Part shown: positions 9,078-12,433 of the stretch, one piece after another
Numbering within the stretch: position 1 is the stretch's first letter
Layout: each line of letters begins with the position of its first letter
Assembly: GCA_050012475.1 (NCBI GenBank)
Contig: JBEKHC010000123.1
Span: 1 to 12,433, forward strand
DNA length: 12,433 bases
Direction of reading: 5' to 3'
Source of the DNA: Candidatus Velthaea sp.
GTDB lineage: Bacteria > Vulcanimicrobiota > Vulcanimicrobiia > Vulcanimicrobiales > Vulcanimicrobiaceae
The notes under the pieces: model-generated
Told to the model about the DNA's origin: nothing
Databases searched by the model: none
What the model saw: only the letters and a program-made list of their open reading frames with translations
Translations under genes and position numbers: made by a program

Positions 9078-9991
9078 AACGCTTCGGCGTCTTCGCCGCC
9101 GTCGTCGTCGTCGCGCCGCTGCTGATCCATTACCCGACGCTTGAAACGCAGATCTTGACCTTCGGACTGTTGACGGTCGCGTTCTATCTGCTGTTGGGTG
9201 AGTTGGGCTTTCTCTCGTTCGGGCAAGCGACGTTCAACGGCATCGGGGCGTACGTCACGGCTCGGGCGCTCATCGATGGTCACGCTCCGTTGCTCGTCGC
9301 GTTGTTCGGCGGGATCGTCGCCGGTGCGCTCGGCGCGGTGCTGATCGGCGCGCTTGCCATTCGCGGGCGCGGCGTGTACGGCGTCATGCTGACCTTCGCC
9401 TTCAACGAAATGGCGTACTACATCGCGTTCGAGTGGCGCGGCATGACTGGCGGCGACAACGGGCTGGGCGGCCTGCCGCACCCCGCCCTTTTCGGTTTCT
9501 CGCTCGACGACCCGGTACGCTATTACTATTTCACGGCAGCGCTCGTGCTGGCGGCATTTGCCGCGGTGTTGCGCTTGATCGGCTCACCGTTCGGCGCGGT
9601 GGTCCGCGCGATTCGCGAGAACGAAGAACGGGCGCGCGCCATCGGTTTTCGCGTCGCGCGCTACAAAATCGCGACCTTCGGCGTTTCGGGCGCGCTGTGC
9701 GGCTTGGCCGGCGGCCTCGCTGCGGGCATCTTTCATTTCGTTGCGTTGCAAACGATCGGCATCGAGACGTCGACGAATGTCGTCATCGCGGCAATCCTGG
9801 GCGGCGCCGGGTCGCCGTACGGCGCGCTGCTCGGTGCCGCGGTGTACATCGTGCTCTCCGATTCGCTCAGCCATGTCTGGGCACATTGGCCGCTGCTGTT
9901 CGGCGTCGCGTTCTGCGCGGTGGTCCTGTTCGTTCGCGGCGGCTTGTGGAGCGTCGTGCAGCGCTGGAACGTTCGTGCTGCGCACGCATAA
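9074..9991 (+). CDS. livM: Liv-type ABC transporter permease (305 aa)
   Basis: LSFGQATF, TGGDNGL, SPFG..VRAIRENEERARAIG, ILGGAGS. GTG start overlaps the livH stop (GTGA). Confidence 0.88.
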   Translation: MKRFGVFAAVVVVAPLLIHYPTLETQILTFGLLTVAFYLLLGELGFLSFGQATFNGIGAYVTARALIDGHAPLLVALFGGIVAGALGAVLIGALAIRGRGVYGVMLTFAFNEMAYYIAFEWRGMTGGDNGLGGLPHPALFGFSLDDPVRYYYFTAALVLAAFAAVLRLIGSPFGAVVRAIRENEERARAIGFRVARYKIATFGVSGALCGLAGGLAAGIFHFVALQTIGIETSTNVVIAAILGGAGSPYGALLGAAVYIVLSDSLSHVWAHWPLLFGVAFCAVVLFVRGGLWSVVQRWNVRAAHA

Positions 9992-10712
9992 GCTCACGAA
10001 ACGCTTCGGCGCGCAGACCGCCGTCGATGCCGTCGACATCGCCGTTCGCGCCGGGACGCTGCACGCGATCATCGGCCCCAACGGTGCGGGAAAAACGACG
10101 CTGTTCAACATGCTGGGCGGACAAACGCGCCCAACGGCCGGGACGATCGTCTTTCGCGAACGCGATATCACCCGGCTGGGCGTTGCGGAGCGCTCGTTGC
10201 TGGCGATCGGCCGTTCGTTCCAAGGCACGAATGTGTTTCCGAAGCTCTCGGTGTTCGAGAACGTCCGACTGGCCGCGCAGTCGCGGACGCGGCAGAGCTA
10301 TGCGGTTTGGGAACCGGCTTGCGCACTCGAGGCAGTCAACGCGCGCGCGGAGGACGTGCTCGCCGAGGCGGGGTTGCTGGGGCACCGGGGCAGAGCCGCC
10401 CGCGAACTAGCCGGCGGCGATCAACGGCTGCTGGAACTGGCGATCACGTTGGCGACGGAGCCGGTGCTGCTGCTGCTCGACGAGCCGTCGCAGGGGCTGT
10501 CGCCGGCGGAGGCGCATGCGCTCGTCGAGCGCATCCGCGCGCTTGCCGCGCGCCACACCATCGTCCTCATCGAACACAACATGCCGCTCGTGATGCGTCT
10601 CGCCGACGAAGTCAGCGTCATGCATCTGGGTCGGGTGCTCGCCTGCGGGACGCCGGCGGAGATTCGCGCCAATCCGGACGTGCGCGCAGCCTATCTCGGA
10701 AAGCGCGGCTAA
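9975..10712 (+). CDS. livG: Liv-type ABC transporter ATP-binding protein (245 aa)
   Basis: Walker A GPNGAGKTT, GRSFQ, degenerate signature LAGGD, Walker B LLLLDEP, IEH, and C-terminal GTPAEIRANPDVRAAYLG. GTG start at 9975 is inferred. Confidence 0.88.
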   Translation: MLRTHKLTKRFGAQTAVDAVDIAVRAGTLHAIIGPNGAGKTTLFNMLGGQTRPTAGTIVFRERDITRLGVAERSLLAIGRSFQGTNVFPKLSVFENVRLAAQSRTRQSYAVWEPACALEAVNARAEDVLAEAGLLGHRGRAARELAGGDQRLLELAITLATEPVLLLLDEPSQGLSPAEAHALVERIRALAARHTIVLIEHNMPLVMRLADEVSVMHLGRVLACGTPAEIRANPDVRAAYLGKRG

Positions 10713-10713
10713 G

Positions 10714-11406
10714 TTGCTGGAGCTCGCGGACGTCGACGCGTCGTACGGCGCAAGCCAAGTCCTGTACGGCATGTCGCTCGCGGTTCCCGACGGCGGGGTG
10801 GCTGCACTGTTGGGCCGCAACCGTGCCGGCAAATCGACGACGCTCAAAACGATCATGGGGCTGGTCGTGCCGCGGGCGGGCACCGTGCGCTTCGCGGGGC
10901 GCGACATCGGCAGCCTGCCGCCGCATCGGATCAACCGGCTGGGCATCGCGTACGTCCCCGAAGAACGCCGGATCTTCGCCGATCTCACCGTCGACGAGCA
11001 CCTGGCCATTGCCGCGCGCGGCAGCGCGTGGACGGTGGCCGACGTGCTGCGCGTCTTCCCGGCGCTCGTTGCGCTGCGCGGGCGGCGCGGGCGAAACCTC
11101 AGCGGCGGCGAGCAGCAGATGCTCGCAATCGCGCGGGCGCTCGTCACCGGCCCGCGGCTGCTGCTGCTCGACGAACCCTCGCAGGGCCTAGCGCCGGTGA
11201 TCGTCGATGCGGTTGCGTCGGCGATTGAGACGCTGCGCGCGCAGGGACTGGCGATTTTGCTCGTCGAGCAAAATCTCGATCTCGCGCTCGGCGTCGCGGA
11301 TCGCGTTGCGATCGTCGATCAAGGCACGATCGTCTTCGCGGGCACGCCCGACGAGCTGCGCGCGCGTGCCGATCTGCAGCTGACCTATCTCGGGGTTGGC
11401 GCGTGA
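10714..11406 (+). CDS. livF: Liv-type ABC transporter ATP-binding protein (230 aa)
   Basis: GRNRAGKST (variant Walker A), YVPEERRIF, LSGGEQQMLAIARAL, LLLDEPSQGLAP, LLVEQN, YLG. TTG start. Confidence 0.88.
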   Translation: MLELADVDASYGASQVLYGMSLAVPDGGVAALLGRNRAGKSTTLKTIMGLVVPRAGTVRFAGRDIGSLPPHRINRLGIAYVPEERRIFADLTVDEHLAIAARGSAWTVADVLRVFPALVALRGRRGRNLSGGEQQMLAIARALVTGPRLLLLDEPSQGLAPVIVDAVASAIETLRAQGLAILLVEQNLDLALGVADRVAIVDQGTIVFAGTPDELRARADLQLTYLGVGA

Positions 11407-11452
11407 GAGAACGCCCAGTCGGACGACCTGCTCGTGTCGAAAGGGACGCCAC

Positions 11453-12433
11453 ATGAAACGCAAGCTCTTTCTGGCGGCGCTTGCGAGCGGTGCCGCCGCC
11501 GGCGCGAGCGGTCTGCCGGCTCGAGCCGCGGACGACGTCGTGTTCGCGGGGGTGTTTTCGTCGACGGGTGCCTACGCGGCATTCGGCCGCGATACCGATC
11601 GCGGCTTCCGGCTTGCCGTCAACGAAGTCAAATCAACGGTCGATGGCCACGCGATCAGCTACATCACGCGCGACGATCAAACCAAGCCCGACGTTGGCCA
11701 GCAGCAAGCGACCGACGCCTACGATCATGACGGCGCGCGTTTCTTCGCCGGCGTGGCTTCGAGCAGCGTCGCGCTCGCGCTCGCGCAAGTCGTCGCCGAC
11801 AAGCATGCGCTGTTTTTCACCAGCGTCGGCGCCGATGACATTACCGGAAAGAACTGTAACGCGTATACGTTTCGCTGGTCGGTTCCGGCGTACGGCGCGG
11901 TGCGCGCGACCATGTATCCCTTCATCAGAAAGTTCCCCGACGCAAAGACCTGGTACACGATCACGCCGTCGTACGTCTTCGGCGAGTCGCTGCTGCAGAA
12001 CGTCAAGGACGTCGCGCAGGAACGCGGCCTCACCCTGGTGGGAAACGACTATCACCCCTTGGGAACGACCGAGTTTTCGGACTATATCGCCTCGAGATCG
12101 TCCGGCCCAATACCGGCAAAATCCAAAAGTCCGCCGCTCCACACGTACAAGATCTTCGTGGATTTCTTCAAGCCGAAGCTCGCCGCCGTTTTCAGCGCGT
12201 GAAAGGGCGTGTACGCGGGCTGTCAGTACTGGCACGAAGCGAGTCTCGCGACGCTGCGGGCGAGCGAAGCGTACCAAGCCGCCTACGGTGAACCGCTGGG
12301 CTACGTCGGTGCGAGCGCCTACATCGAAGCAAAACTGACGTTCGCGGGTATCGCGCGCGCGAAATCGGTCGATCCGGCAAACGTGGCAAAAGCGCTCGAA
12401 GGCTACGCGTACACCGGGCCGACGGGTCCCGAG
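11453..12433 (+). pseudogene. Liv-type ABC substrate-binding protein, disrupted by an internal inversion and premature stop; runs off the window end
   Basis: AAGGGA at 11441-11446, ATG 11453, signal peptide, periplasmic-binding motifs (STGAYA.FG, RDDQTKP, GVASSSVALA, GADDITGKNCNAYTFRW, YVFGESL, HPLGTTEFSDY). Binding-protein-like sequence stops at about 12090 and TGA falls at 12200-12202. The same frame then resumes as KGVYAGCQYWH...AKSVDPANVAKALEGYAYTGPTGPE. Confidence 0.85.
12091..12205 (-). other. Inverted internal segment of the substrate-binding protein gene
   Basis: The reverse complement of 12091-12204 translates without stops as FHALKTAASFGLKKSTKILYVWSGGLLDFAGIGPDDLE, which joins naturally to GVYAGCQYWH starting at 12206 on the + strand. 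Confidence 0.88.

Noticed and set aside
12200..12202. In-frame TGA in the binding-protein gene read as selenocysteine or programmed readthrough
   Set aside because: The preceding 36 or so codons are the antisense of real coding sequence. The TGA is a by-product of the inversion junction, and readthrough would not restore the protein.
12083..12213. Classical recombinase-driven invertible switch
   Set aside because: There are no good inverted repeats and no recombinase in the window, and sequence appears to be missing at one junction. Kept only as a minor alternative.
1..12433. CRISPR arrays, tandem repeats, insertion sequences, tRNA or rRNA
   Set aside because: None seen. Short GTC/GCC runs are codon repeats inside genes.

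Overview
GC-rich bacterial DNA, almost fully coding, with no RNA genes, mobile elements or CRISPR arrays visible. It has three blocks. (1) A coupled + strand operon: 3' end of a membrane-protein gene, a GMC-family FAD oxidoreductase with a Cys-rich motif, a glucose-1-dehydrogenase-like SDR and a large MGH1/GH63-like glycoside hydrolase. (2) An EthD-family gene converging on an atypical Fpg/Nei-family DNA glycosylase. (3) A + strand operon: a YtcJ/NfdA-like amidohydrolase followed by a Liv-type ABC transporter (livH, livM, livG, livF, substrate-binding protein). The most striking observation is in the substrate-binding protein gene. About 115 bp (~12091-12205) is inverted, and its reverse complement encodes the missing middle of the protein. 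The inversion creates a premature TGA, after which the genuine C-terminal coding sequence resumes in the same frame, and about 20 codons appear lost at the left junction. LivF also has a Gly->Arg change in its Walker A motif. Family assignments come from motif recognition, not database searches.
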